DNA of 64,000 bases. It comes from Lama glama (Eukaryota). Every line of letters begins with the position of its first letter. Within the stretch, counting starts at the first letter, position 1. Of the stretch, positions 39,488-51,932 are shown in pieces. The translations under genes and the position numbers were made by a program. Under the pieces are notes generated by a model, which was not told the origin of the DNA, did not search any database, and was given only the letters and a program-made list of their open reading frames with translations. The DNA is taken from the NCBI GenBank assembly GCA_028534125.1, contig CM052816.1:85066001-85130000 (forward strand). Direction: 5' to 3'.

Positions 39488-42400
39488 ATGACATCATGTT
39501 GATATAACTGGGAAGAAGGGAAAAGCTGGTACTTTGGGTGTTTTTGTAGTTCATTTGTGCGGCAAAGGGTACAAACTTAATACCAGGAATACAGAGCTCT
39601 GCCATTCCAGTGAAGAATCTTAATGGCATCCAGAGAAAGAGGAACTTCTCTAGTTGGTCCAGGATACCAAACCCATGTTAACCAGCAGATTAATTAAATT
39701 TGTTTAGCAGACTGAAATACTATATAAAGTTTGCAACAATCTATTATTTTGATTATTTTACTAGCAGTCTAAAGGCAAATATTGGATTACTCTGGCTTGG
39801 AGAATACTAGAGTAGATATCATAGAATTATAATAAAGAGTAAGTTGAGAATTACATGAAAGATACTGTGGAAGGTTTAGCAAAAATTAAAAACCTTCCAA
39901 TCTCAAGGAATTCTATACAATCAATATTTTTATATAAAATGACATTAGGAAATTGTTAAACCAATATAATTATACAGATATTATTTGCTCTCTTGCTAGT
40001 TATTACCAGCACATAAAATCCTAATCCTTGTCCATTACTTTATTATTTTTAACTGTGTTTAATAAGGGTCACTACAGATAGCAACCTTAAACTTACATAT
40101 GTTAGATATTCATCTACTGGAGTGAGTAGAAAAACTGCTAAGTAAACGATAAATTGGAAAACCCTTATTTATGTGGATGTATCTTGGAAGTCAGAACATA
40201 TGAGAACAAACTGTGACCAGATGAAAATCAATGACCAAATACTCAAATTTCATTCCACCCAACAATCTCAATATCTTGATTCAAGCTGAGGATCTCAGAG
40301 TAGGATGTAAAGTTGGAGAGTGGAAGGAAAGTATAAATACCTGCTGAGTTTAGCCTCTGTTGACTCAATTTTGCTATTTAAAAATATAGAACATAATATT
40401 TTTTCCACACTATTGAGATTATGGCCCAATAAATACTCGACAAGGATATATTCATTTGAAACTGTGACTATGGATGAATATTAGGCCAGAGTTATTCTGA
40501 ATAAAATTAATGAAATGTGACTTTAGCTCTGTTACCAACAAAACGCATCCATTCGTTTTGGGCTGTACTTCAATGAATATAGCATGACTGTTAGTATTGA
40601 AATTTGAACAACTTATGTTGCAACATATGTTTGATTTGACAAGTTTAGTATCTATAACTTTCATTATTGTCCATCGGCCATGGGTGTCTGATGTGCAACA
40701 TTTCAAGTATTTAAAATCAAGCCAGTTGCCTGGCAAGGGAAAATAAGGAAACCTTGAGAACTGGCTTCACATTTTAATGTGGGATCATTGCTCTTTACTC
40801 ATCAACTATATCCATTTACTAAGGGACTATACAGTATTGTATTATATTATATGCATAGTCACTAAACTGGGGTTCTGTAATTCTTAAGCTCTAGAGTTTT
40901 GATTTTAAACATCTCAACTACTAAAAGTTTCTGATAAACTTGGATAGAAAGCAATCAGAGCCCCATTTATAAACTGGTAACATTTAAGGTGGGTTTCTAT
41001 TTAGACATCATAAGGTCTTACTTCTTCTATACTTGTATCAAGTGTACCTAGATATCATTAAACTCACAAAAAGACATACTGCTCTGCTATCCCAGAGCAG
41101 AGCTATGCTACCTGTTTATCTGTTTACCCAGGTTCTTGTCTCAGTTTCCTGATGACTAAACTAGTTTCTATTTGAAAACTGAAAATTAAAAGAGAAACCG
41201 TATTAGAGATAATCCTTGCCAGAGCTTTTCCCTAGGATGTAGAGGATCAAAAACTTTACCTTTAGCTTTTGACTTGTTAAAAAAAATAAACACATAAATG
41301 AAAGCAGACTGTCATAGAACCATGATGCAACTAACTACCTAATGTGATGAATTACAACTCCCTAATATACTTGCTATGTAGAGTAGAGTAGAAGATGGCA
41401 TGATACTTCCAAACATAGGGGGAAAAAAATAAAAGGCTCCAAAGAAGCCTGGTTTGCAGTGGAATTTAGATTGCTGTTGCTCCTTGCAAGCTACAGTACA
41501 GGTCAGTTTTGTTTCCCCAGCCCAAATTCCACTTTTTGTTTTTCTTTTAGACTTATCCTCTACAGACCAGCCACTCCTTTTTCAGCCAATAAGACTCTCA
41601 TTAAACCTTGAAGGTAATTTGAATTATGCCCCTACTATAATGTTGATATCATATGATGATTTCAACACCAGGATAATTAGTAGTCAGCCTTCTCAATGAA
41701 CTCATCATATTGTAATAATTACAAATCTCTGTTAAAGCCTTTGTATTGTTTTGGTTTTTGTTACTTCTAAACACAGATATGCACACAGATACACAATCAA
41801 AAAAGTGGGAGCATTCAAGGGGAATTATAACCCTTAACCTGGTAGGTAGATCAAGTTTACAAAGTACTTTATTTCTTATAGAATTTATTTTTGACCACTT
41901 TATAAAGAAATGTACAAAGATTTTTCTCTGCTGTTTTTAAGCAATCACAGTTCACTTGGTAAATCCCCATTAATGATACTTTCCTGGAGTATATGCAATT
42001 CAGGCCACATAGTCAGAAGTGCGCTAGCCAGATTCTTATTTAGATTTCTGTCAGTCAACCTCTTTTTATGTAATAGCCTGAAGCAGTATTACTTTAAATC
42101 AAAGCCTTTATTTTGGCATGATGTTATTCTTCTCTGCTTTGAGTTCTAAATCCGGTTTCTTCCCCTGAGCTTCTTACTCACAAACATTGCTCAGACGAAT
42201 ATTTGAAGGAGGTCTTCCATCATCATTTAAAATTGTTCATCAAAGACAACTTGAATAGATCAATATGTAAGACGGTGAATAGTTATTATGGATCTATCAT
42301 TTAAAAGAGATATTAAGCTTAACAGATGAGCTATCTAAATTTAAAGAACAGATCTTTTCTATGCTAGTCCACAGAAAAATGTGAAAAGCTCACCAATTTA

Positions 42401-42527
42401 TTTTACAAAGGCAGCACAGTGTAATAAGACTGAATATAGTGTATACTTGTGTACAAGCATGAACACACAAATTCCAGGCCACTTATATATGTGACTATAG
42501 AAGCAAATAGCTAAATATAAAAGCACA

Positions 42528-43794
42528 TGCATGTATCTTCTTGAATTAAGTTTCCCTCTGGATATATGTCCAAGAGTGGGATTGCTGGATCATATGGTAA
42601 GTCTACTTTTAGTCTTTTGAGGAATCTCCATATTGTTTTCCATAACAGCTGCACCAAACTACATTCCCACCAGCAGTGTAGGAGGGCTCCCTTTTCTTCA
42701 CATCCTCTCCAGCATTTCTTGTTTGTGGACTTTTGAATGATGTCCATTCTGACTGGTATGAGGTGATACCTCATTGTAGTTTTGATTTGCGTTTCTCTGA
42801 TAATTAGCGATATTAAGCATTTTTTCATGTGCTTATTGGCCATTTGTATGTCTTCTTTGGAGAATTGCTTGTTTAGGACTTCTGCCCATTTTTGAATTTT
42901 TTGTCTTTTTTTTATTATTAAGTTATATGAGCTGTTTGCATATTCTGGAAATTAAGCCTTTGTCAGTCTCATCTTTTGCAAATATTTTCTCCCATTTCGT
43001 AGGTTATCTTTTTGGTTGGCTTATGGTTTCCTTTGCTGTGCAAAAGCTTATAAGTTAAATTAAGTCCTATTTGTTTATTTTTGCTTTTATTTCTATTGCC
43101 TGGGTAAATTACCCTAGAAGAACATTGTTAAGATTTATGTCATAGAATGTTTTGTCTATGTTTTCTTCTAAGAGGTTTATAGTGTCTCATCTAATGTTTA
43201 AGTCTTTAAGCACCCCAATGGTCATAGCAGCACTTTTACAACAGCCAAGACATGAAAACAACCTAAATGTCCATCAACAGATGAATGGATAAAGAAGTTG
43301 TGGTATATTAATACAATGGAATATTACTCAGACATAAAAATAAAATAATGCCATTTGTAGCAACATGTATGGACCTGGAGACTGTCATTCTAAGTGAAGT
43401 AAGTCAGAAAGAGAAAGAAAAATACCATATGATATCACTTATATGTAGAATTAAAAAAAAAAGACAAATGAAGTTATTTACAAAACAAAAATAGGCTCAC
43501 AGACATAGAAAACAAACTATGGTTACCAGGAAGGGAAGGGGATAGGAAGGGATAAATTGGGAGGTTGAAACTTGCAGATACTAACTACTATATATAAAAT
43601 AGATAAACAAGTTTCTACTGTATAGGGAACTATATTCAATATCCTGTAGTAACTTCTGGTGAAAAAGAATATGAAAATGAATATATGTATGTTCATGTAC
43701 AACTGAAGCACTGTGCTGTACACCAGAAATCGACTCAACATTGTAAACTGACTATACTTCCATAAAAAATTATATATATACATTAAACAAAGAA
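42528..43794 (+). mobile_element. young L1 with 5' inversion (antisense about 42528-43210, sense about 43211-43794)
   Basis: ORF 42511..42843(-) is the L1 ORF2 C-terminus ([19 protein letters not shown]); the sense arm resumes at the next L1 bases; 17-bp TSD at 42513-42529 and 43795-43811. Confidence 0.93.
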
Positions 43795-43906
43795 AAATAT
43801 AATAGCACATGGATTCCAACAATATATCCAAAGAATAAATGACAAGGATTATTTTAGAAACCCCAGAATTAGAAACATTGTTGGGAAATCTATCAAATAT
43901 TTCAGT

Positions 43907-44367
43907 TGTGGACTGAGTGAAAATTGTACCATGTAAGAGTGGTGAGTTTAAATTTTTTTTTCAGGATTATAGCCCTGGAGACAGCCTCTCAGTATTTCTG
44001 AGGGAACTGCTCTGAAGGGGTCGGGGGAGAAGCCAGCCCATACCTGATTTCTGGCTGGGGAATACATGCACTCAGGTATACATCTTGGTGAAAGATTACT
44101 ACTAATCACAAAGAATAGATATCTCAAGTTAATAATTTTAGTGCTTTTCTATGTATGGGAAGGTGCAAGAATCTGGGTTCATTAAAATTCTTCCTGGGAT
44201 ATATATACAACTAACTGTTTAAGGGGCCTGCTTGTCCAAAGCACAGAGCATCCTGTTAACATTTTAATTTCCTCCCAGAGTGCACTATCCATCCAGGACT
44301 GCAGTATCTGAGGACTTAATCCTTGTAGGACTCACTGGTGAGCAATGCTCTTTGTTCTTTGTGTATA
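43907..44367 (-). mobile_element. ERV1 solo LTR (MER41-like, artiodactyl type)
   Basis: ggagacagcctctcag, atctcaagttaataattttagtgcttttctatgtatgggaaggtgcaaga; probable TSD cagt (43903-43906 and 44368-44371). Confidence 0.85.
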
Positions 44368-44759
44368 CAGTACATCAATTATTGAAGGAAAAAAAACCCC
44401 AAGAGATTATATAAATATATGCCTGAAAACATCTGAAAAATTCATCAGTTATTACTTATAAGAATCCTAAACAGAAGGAAACTACTGAAGTGTGACTTTA
44501 AAATTCTTAACTTGAATACTGGACTGGAGAACAGGTGTTAGAAATATTTATAAAGAACCTTTTTTGGGAAAATTGGCAAAAAAAAATTGACTGTTCATCA
44601 CTGAGATCTCATGATTTCCTGTTGCAGTTGATTCTGATTAAATTACACGAACTAAACTGTGAAATGTAAGTTAATTGAACAAAAACATTTAAAAAGTAAA
44701 ATCAACCTATCATTTCTGTCTAATTCTATAACTGAAAAAATTACAAAATATTTATTTCT

Positions 44760-45394
44760 CCTAGCTTAGTTAACTTTATAAGACATATACATTTGAAGGA
44801 ATGTAGCAGTTTAAAATAACACAAAATTATTACCACACAGTTTTCATGGGTCAGGAGTCAGTGGGGCACATCTTAACAATCCTCTGCTCAGGGTCTCACT
44901 AGATTGTGGCCAAGGGGTCAGCTGGGCTGTATTCCCTCTGCAAGCTTGTTTAGGGAACTGTGTCTCTGCGCTCACTCAGGTTGTTGGCAGCATTCATTTC
45001 CATGCAGTTCTATGGCTGAGGGCCCTGGCTTCGTACTGGTCATTGGCCAGAGGCTGCTGAGCTCCAAGAGGGTGACACAGTTCTTTGCCACAAGTCTGTC
45101 ACTGAAGCCCTCTTGCAAATGGCAGCTTCCTTTTCAAAAGCCAGTAAGAAGTCTCTCTCATCAGGAGGACCCAGCCACTCTTTTAAAGGCTTTTTACTCC
45201 ATCCAGAATAACATCCTATTTGATTAAGTATAAAGAACTGATTTGGAATCTTTATTTCATCTGCAAGATCCTTTCATTTTATCACATAAAGTCACTTTAT
45301 CCCTGGAATGACATTCTGTCATGTTCATGGGTCTCACCCTCACTCAGAGGGCAGGTGTATATCCTGGGGATGAGCTTAGAATTCTGCCTACCAC
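44760..45394 (-). mobile_element. MaLR LTR (MLT1E-like)
   Basis: gggtcaggagtc...ctctgctcagggtctcac...ctcactcaggttgttggcagcattcatttcc...ttagaattctgcctaccaca. Confidence 0.85.
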
Positions 45395-46419
45395 AAATTA
45401 TTTAAAATATTTAAACAAATCAACATTAAGTAGGACTGAAATTTAAAACTATCACTTCTGGGTTAAATACTCATTTAGACCTGCAGGCAGGACAGGAAGC
45501 CTCTCTGAAACTCAGTTTCCTAATTCAAAAAATTAAAAGTCTAGATCAAATGAACACAAAGGTCACTATTTGTATTTAGATGGTATAATGTGACACTCAT
45601 AAATGCAATTTTAGCAACTTGGACAACTCCTTTCCTAATTACACTGCATAAACAGGATGTCACAACATTCAGCTTCAAGAAAAAATTATGGCTATTTGGC
45701 AGTCCTTCGCACATCAGTAAGAGAGAACATAGTTTCTTGGAGAAAGTGGCAGTTCACTCAATGAGTTATTTCTCATTATTTTAAAAAACAAATTATATTT
45801 GAAATCATAGTTCCTTTCTTAAAACCTCAAAAGATCTCAATCTGAACAGATGAATATGAAGATATAAATAATGGGGTAATATTTGCAAGTGTTAGAAGTT
45901 AGAGCAGAAAAATGTTTCTAATGTGTTACTTAGAAATTAGAAGTCAATTTAATTCGTATAATGCTTGAGGTTTTCTCTATATTACAGAGATCTTGTGGAA
46001 TATTACATGCCTATTGAATTTCAGGACATTCAAAAAGATGAGCTTTATTTTCTTACATTTTATGGTATTTTTTTTTCTTAATGATTTTCAGTTTTAACCA
46101 TACAGATATATAACTATATTGCACAACCATATATGAGTACATACATATATACACATATACATGCATATATATATATATATATAAAATCTGTTTATTAGAT
46201 TGGAGACATTTAAAATAATAAACGTGCTATCAAAATTTAAAATAATATTGGAATCAGTTGCAAAATTAACATGTTTTACAGTTAAAAAGACAAAGTTATG
46301 TATACATATGTGTGTTTAAACTAAGTATAGCTAGTAATTTAATATGTGTTCCCCAAATTTAAATAATAAAAACAGTAGCAAATGAAAGGAATTTGAAGTG
46401 GCTTCTAGTCAAATCAGTC

Positions 46420-46935
46420 TGCTATCTAGGCCTCTCCAGGTCTTCTACCCAGAGTCAAAGGAAGATACTCTCATAACTCAGAGTCATTACTTCAGCAATT
46501 GTCCCTTCTTCTCCTGCAGTACTGATTTTTCCCTTCACAAATTAATTCCCATCAGCCTACAGACATCTCATTAACTTTCCCATATTTAAAACATCATTTC
46601 TTAACTTCTCTTCCTCCACCATTTCTCTCTAGTTCTCAGCTTCCCTTAAAACACAGTGCTTTGAATTCTTAGATTTTAATCTTTCTTTTCCTAGTCTCCA
46701 CTTAAATAACTGTAGTCAGGCTTGTCCTGTGACACTGCTCATCAAGTCACTTACTTTAAAGTGAAAATTTCAGTCCCCATATTACTAGACCTATCAATAA
46801 CTTTGGTTTTAGGTCAGTAGTCCTTCTTCTATTGTACTTTCTTTACTTCCAGGATGACATACGCCCCTGGTTTTACTTCCATTTAGGGGTTGTTTTCTGT
46901 CTCCTTTAACATTTTCTCCTCTTTGGCTTAAATGG
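46420..46935 (+). mobile_element. L2 LINE fragment
   Basis: cccatcagcctacagacat, tagtcaggctt, actagacctatcaataactttgg, cttccaggatgacatacgcccctggttttacttcc. Confidence 0.65.
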
Positions 46936-46964
46936 AATTTTTATCATTTTGCTACCTTCTATTT

Positions 46965-48010
46965 GCTATTTCCAATTAGCATGCTGGCATCATTATATAG
47001 AATAAGGTGGATATTGTGTAGAATGTTGAGATTTCAAGAACTGCTTTATGTGGTGACAGAGATCAGGAGAAGTAATACAGTCCTGTGGTATGATCATAAA
47101 TGGACGCTGTTGTCCTTCACACATGAAAGTAAATGATCTCATAATTGATAGAAATCTAGAAGAATGCATTTGCCAGATCAAAATCCACATGCTTAGAAGA
47201 TTTGTTGTATTAAAGACACTACTTCCAACATGGGATGCCCAGCTGAAGCTATCACCTGATTAAATTTATGATACTCCACTCACATGTAAGGCAGTTAATC
47301 TTGCAGGTATAGGAGCCCAACAGTGAATGTAATGAGATATAATAGGACTCACCACCCTGAATCTTCAATGCTCATAACTGTTATCCTAATATGATTTATG
47401 ATTCCCTATTTTGGTTGAAAGGACTGGTCTTCCAGTTGGAGCCCTCCTACTGTAATGGATTCTCTGGTCTGGGAATCAATGTGAAGATTCTGCCAGTCAT
47501 TATGTATCTGAGCCAATTACAGTTGTCCCTTCGTATCTGCAGGGTGGGGGTGGGGGTTTGGTTCCAGGACCCCCCATATATACAAAAAATCACAGATGCT
47601 GAAGTTCCTTATATAAAATGGCAATGGTACAATATATACAATAAATATGGACCTCCATATTGCAGTTTTCCCACATGGGAATGGAACCTCAGATAAAAAT
47701 TTCTATGTGTAGCTGGTTGAATCCACAAATTCTAAATTGACAAATATAAAGGGCTGATGGTGTATTTATTGAAAAAAAAAATCTATGTATAGATGGACCT
47801 ATACAGTTCAAACCCGTGTTGTTCAAGGTTCAACTCTATTCACTTGGAAACTGAGAAATGGCCCCAGGATAAGTCCATGGACCCACTCAACCCACAGTAA
47901 ACCTAGAATCTACTTGTTTGCATTTTTATTGCAGGAAGCTGATGGAATTTGGTGTCACCTAGCATTATTTTTAGTTCAGATTCTATATAAAATAGAATTT
48001 GAAAACCTTG
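46965..48010 (-). mobile_element. second ERV-L pro-RT fossil, split by a MER2-type MITE
   Basis: Minus-strand DLANAFF (47159-47179); FTFMCEGQQRPFMIIPQDCITSPDLCHH (ORF 46993..47190); YNDASMLIG (46971-46997) at the YIDDIMLIG position. Confidence 0.85.
47520..47836 (+). mobile_element. MER2/Tigger3-type MITE
   Basis: ta|cagttgtcccttcgtatc...ttggttccaggacccccc...cccgtgttgttcaaggttcaactc|ta, with TA target duplication. Confidence 0.9.
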
Positions 48011-48593
48011 GTATTCTATTTATGCAGTTCAGACTTTAGTAAATGACTGAAGTTCTCCCTAAGGAAGAGTCATGAGTTTTTTTTAAAATATACATCCATG
48101 GTATATTTAATATACAAAGCATGTTAACACAATGGGATACAAGACCATATCCCAAGAACTGTTGTAAAGAGCTTAGAACAAATATGTGTTTGGTATTTAA
48201 TTTTTGAATGGCATAACTGCAATTTGTTTGACTTTTATCATGGTTTATTTTATTTTTCATTTTTTTTTAAATTTAGGACTTTTCATTGTCCATTTTACCA
48301 TGACTACAAATGGATCTTTGTTTCATTCTAAGCAGCCATTATTTTACCATATTGGCTTTTGAATTCACCTAAATGTGTAACATTGTTTTGCTGAAATTCA
48401 ACACTTCCATAAATGTGCAAAACTGGATATTTGGTATTTGAAGTAGGAAAGAAAAATTCTTGGATAATATGGCTGTAAAAGAGAAAGGATCAAGTTTTGA
48501 CCACAGAAATTTTGCAGCAAAACATTCTGTAGTCTTCTTCCGTAAGAAACCTCAAGTGCATAAATCAGAAATCTGGGGCCTTAAATTATACAA

Positions 48594-49502
48594 CCATATG
48601 GTCAACAGACATATGGAAAAAAATGCTCAATATCACTAATTATCAGAGAAATGCAAATCAAAACTACAATGAGGTATCACCTCATACCAGTCAGAATGGC
48701 CATCATCCAGAAGTCCACAAATGACAAATGCTGGAGAGGGTGTGGAGAAAAGGGAACCCTCCTACACTGCTGGTGGGAATGTAGTTTGGTTCAACCATTA
48801 TGGAAAACAATATGGAGATTCCTCAAAAAACTGAAAATAGACTTACTATATGATCCAGTAATCCCACTTCTGGCTATATATCCAGAGAGAACTCTAATGT
48901 GAAAAGATATATGCATCCCAGTGTTCACAGTAGCACTATATACAATAGCCAAGACATGGAAGCAACCTAAATGTCCATCAACAGATGACTATATAAAGAT
49001 GTTGTGGTATATTTATATAATGGAATACTACTCTGCCATAAAAGAGTAAAATAATGTCATTTGCAGCTACATAAACGGACCTAGATGGCCATTCTAAGTG
49101 AAGTAAGCCAGAAAGAGAAAGAAAATACCATATATTACTCATATGTGGAATCTTAAAAAAAAAAAAAAGAATACTATGAATTCATCTACAAAACAGAAAC
49201 TGACTCTCTTAGACTTAGTAAACAATCTTATGGTTACCAGGGAAAGGGGGTGGGAGGAGATAAATTTGGTAGTTTGATATTCACAAATGTTAGCCACTAT
49301 ATACACAAGTAGATATTTTTTGAAGTTTATTTTGTATAGCACAGGGAACTATGCTCAATATCTTGTAATAACCTTAATGGAAAAAAATATGAAAAAGAAT
49401 GTATGTATGTATATGCAAGACTGGGACATTGTGCTGTATACCAGAAATTGACACATTGTAATTGAGTGTACTTTAATAAAAAAATAACTAAATAAAAATG
49501 AA
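48594..49502 (+). mobile_element. young 5'-truncated L1 (ORF2 C-terminus plus 3' UTR)
   Basis: ORF 48651..48902 [19 protein letters not shown]...HCWWEC; tail ctgggacattgtgctgtataccagaaattgacacattgtaa; possible TSD aaattatacaa/aaaatatacaa. Confidence 0.95.
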
Positions 49503-50714
49503 AAAATATACAATAATGTTCAAACATACATATGTATAAAGAAGAAAGTCTTTTAAAAATTTTTTCTCATGAAGGCTCTCCATTCCATGGAAATACTCTC
49601 CATTCCTAGATCACCTTTTTAGTATATCAATATATTTATGATGATGCTCTGTATAAAATTATTTTTCTACCTCCATAGTCATGAGAGTAATCTTGGACTT
49701 AGAGACATGCAGTAGTACCCAGAGAATATTAATCCTGTCTTGGTGATAAGAAGTCATTTTTTTTTATTTTATAAAAATAGGATTAGCATATTAGCAATAG
49801 AAAAAATAAATATAGTCTCAAAAGAGCCCATGTATAAGAGAAAAGAGGTGCTTGTCAAATCATCTGTCATTGAACTTAAAAAGAATTGAGTCTTTAGTGA
49901 AAAGTCTCAGAAATTATTTTCACTTTCAACTGTAACCTTTTCCTGACTTATTTTTTCCTATTTCTTCTCTAAATTATTCTCAAAATGTGAGTAAACAAAG
50001 AAATAAACAGAAATAAATTACAAATTAGTAATATCTGACACTCTATAATTTGGTGGCTCCTTCAGGGTGTATTTGTGTGTTGTGCTGAGGGAGAGAAAAG
50101 AGAAAAGCGAAAACAGTGAGGATTTCAGTGAAGATCAGGGAGCAGGGAGGAGGAAAGTAATTGTTCTCTTCAGAACAACTTCCTAAAGCCTAGCGCACAT
50201 CCACGGAGGTCACTTTCCAAAGGCCTAGGCAGCACTTTCTGAAGGTCAGGTGGTTTGAGTGAATGAGGTATCTACAGAGAGAGTGTAGCAGACATGAAAA
50301 TGTTCCCACCCCTGGCATCCATCTGTGCTTACTCTACAACTTGGGGACCCATTTCTTTAAACTTCATTCATTCATCTGTTCATTCATTCACTTCTTAAAT
50401 GCCTAGCGGATTCTAGTACATTTTTGGTTCAAACAGAGGTGCTGACAAGTGTTTAGAAGCTTGTCAGATGTCTCTAGCCATCTGACAGTTATCTTTAATA
50501 CTCATGAGATAGGTCAGTATATGGTGGAAAGTAGCTACCTTACAGATGGTGATCTGGGGCAACACAGTGAGCAAAATCCCTAGTTATTCTACTTCCAGGG
50601 GATACATAGAAATGCCCTTAGAGCAAAAGGGAAGGAAGGGCCTTTTAACATGTGCTACAAAACGCATAACCACTTGTTATACACTGTGTTTTGTTTATTC
50701 ATTTCGATTGTGTG

Positions 50715-50905
50715 AAATGACCTTCCTCGATTTTGCCATTTAAGGAAATCCTACTGAACTTTCAAAGGTCATTTCAAACTCCATCTTCCTCACTAGAACA
50801 ACTGAATTTGTGAGCTCCTTGAAGGTGAGACTCATTCATTTGTATAATTTGGTTCTCAATGAGTTACATAACAAACACTCATAAATATTTATTTCATGAT
50901 TCAAT
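50715..50905 (+). mobile_element. L2 3' end fragment
   Basis: tgtgagctccttgaaggtgagactc...acactcataaatatttatttcatgattcaat. Confidence 0.6.
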
Positions 50906-51764
50906 AAGACATTCTTGAATTTCTGTCTTAATTATTTTTTCTGGTCCATCTACTGTCACAGAAACATTCTGATAACAATGAGAAAAACTTTCATTCTCTT
51001 CTATATAGTAGATGTAGACAGTCCTTTTCTTCTCTTTATTCCAATATGTCTGATGAAAAAATATCAAATGGCGATGTTTCCTATGACTTTAAAATTATTT
51101 CTTTGTGTAAACACAGTAGATACTGCACAAATATACATATGCACACATAAATGATAATGACTTCCTAGGACTAAATATCTACTTTGTTCTAGTAAAGCTC
51201 CTATTAAAAGCTGACAGCTCTAACAGGCTAGGTGGTCTGACCCTAAAGTTATTCTTTTTTCAAAATATCATGTTGCTTCTACCTACATATCATTAATTTA
51301 TTTCTGTGGAAAACAACTCTCAAATTTTCAGTATGAGAACATAGAAATCTATTTTATTAACTCATGTGGAAAACTTTAATTCTCTTGTGCTCCTCCCCAC
51401 CCAAGGAAATCTGTTTGCTTCTCTATTTTCAAGTGTAGGGCATTACAGAAAACTCAATAGTTGTTCATATGATTTCTGTGCAACATTAGCAAAGATACAC
51501 ACACAGACACACTAATAAATTGTTTGCTTAAGCACTGGTTATAAGAAAAATACTCGGAACTATACTAACACATATTTTTACAATAACCTAAAAGAACTAA
51601 TGAACTTAAGGCAGGTTTATTATACTCTTCCGTGTGTCTGTTTCTAAACCAATAATACCTCATTACCCCTAGAAGTATATGCTCCATGATACAACACTTC
51701 TTTAAGACCACGAGAGTGTCAAGATGTTAGAACAGATCTTCAAAAACAAACTTTGCACAGTAGA

Positions 51765-51932
51765 ATGCTATTCATTACTTACTGTCTATGTGAACTTGAA
51801 AAAGTTATCTTCTCTAAACCCTAGTTTCTTTAGTTCTAAAAGGTGGCTAATAATGTCTAGTCTCTTAAAAGGAGTTACTATTAAGTAAATGATTTAAAGT
51901 GCTTGGAACAGAGAAGAAATTTAACCATTATT
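51765..51932 (+). mobile_element. MIR SINE
   Basis: ttacttactgtctatgtgaacttgaaaaagttatcttctctaaaccctagtttct...aaagtgcttggaacag. Confidence 0.75.

Larger units (their letters stand above)
36894..41530 (+). mobile_element. ERV-L internal region (gag-pro-pol) fossil, multiply interrupted
   Basis: Colinear remnants: protease-region QVINGV (caggtgataaatggagtc, 38224), RT ADDIMLI (39484-39504), HLCGKGYKLN (39552), RNase H AWF (gcctggttt, 41447). Confidence 0.75.

Noticed and set aside
42511..48902. Near-identical ORFs 42511..42843(-) and 48651..48902(+) as a duplicated gene
   Set aside because: Both are the Cys-rich C-terminus of L1 ORF2 from separate truncated insertions.
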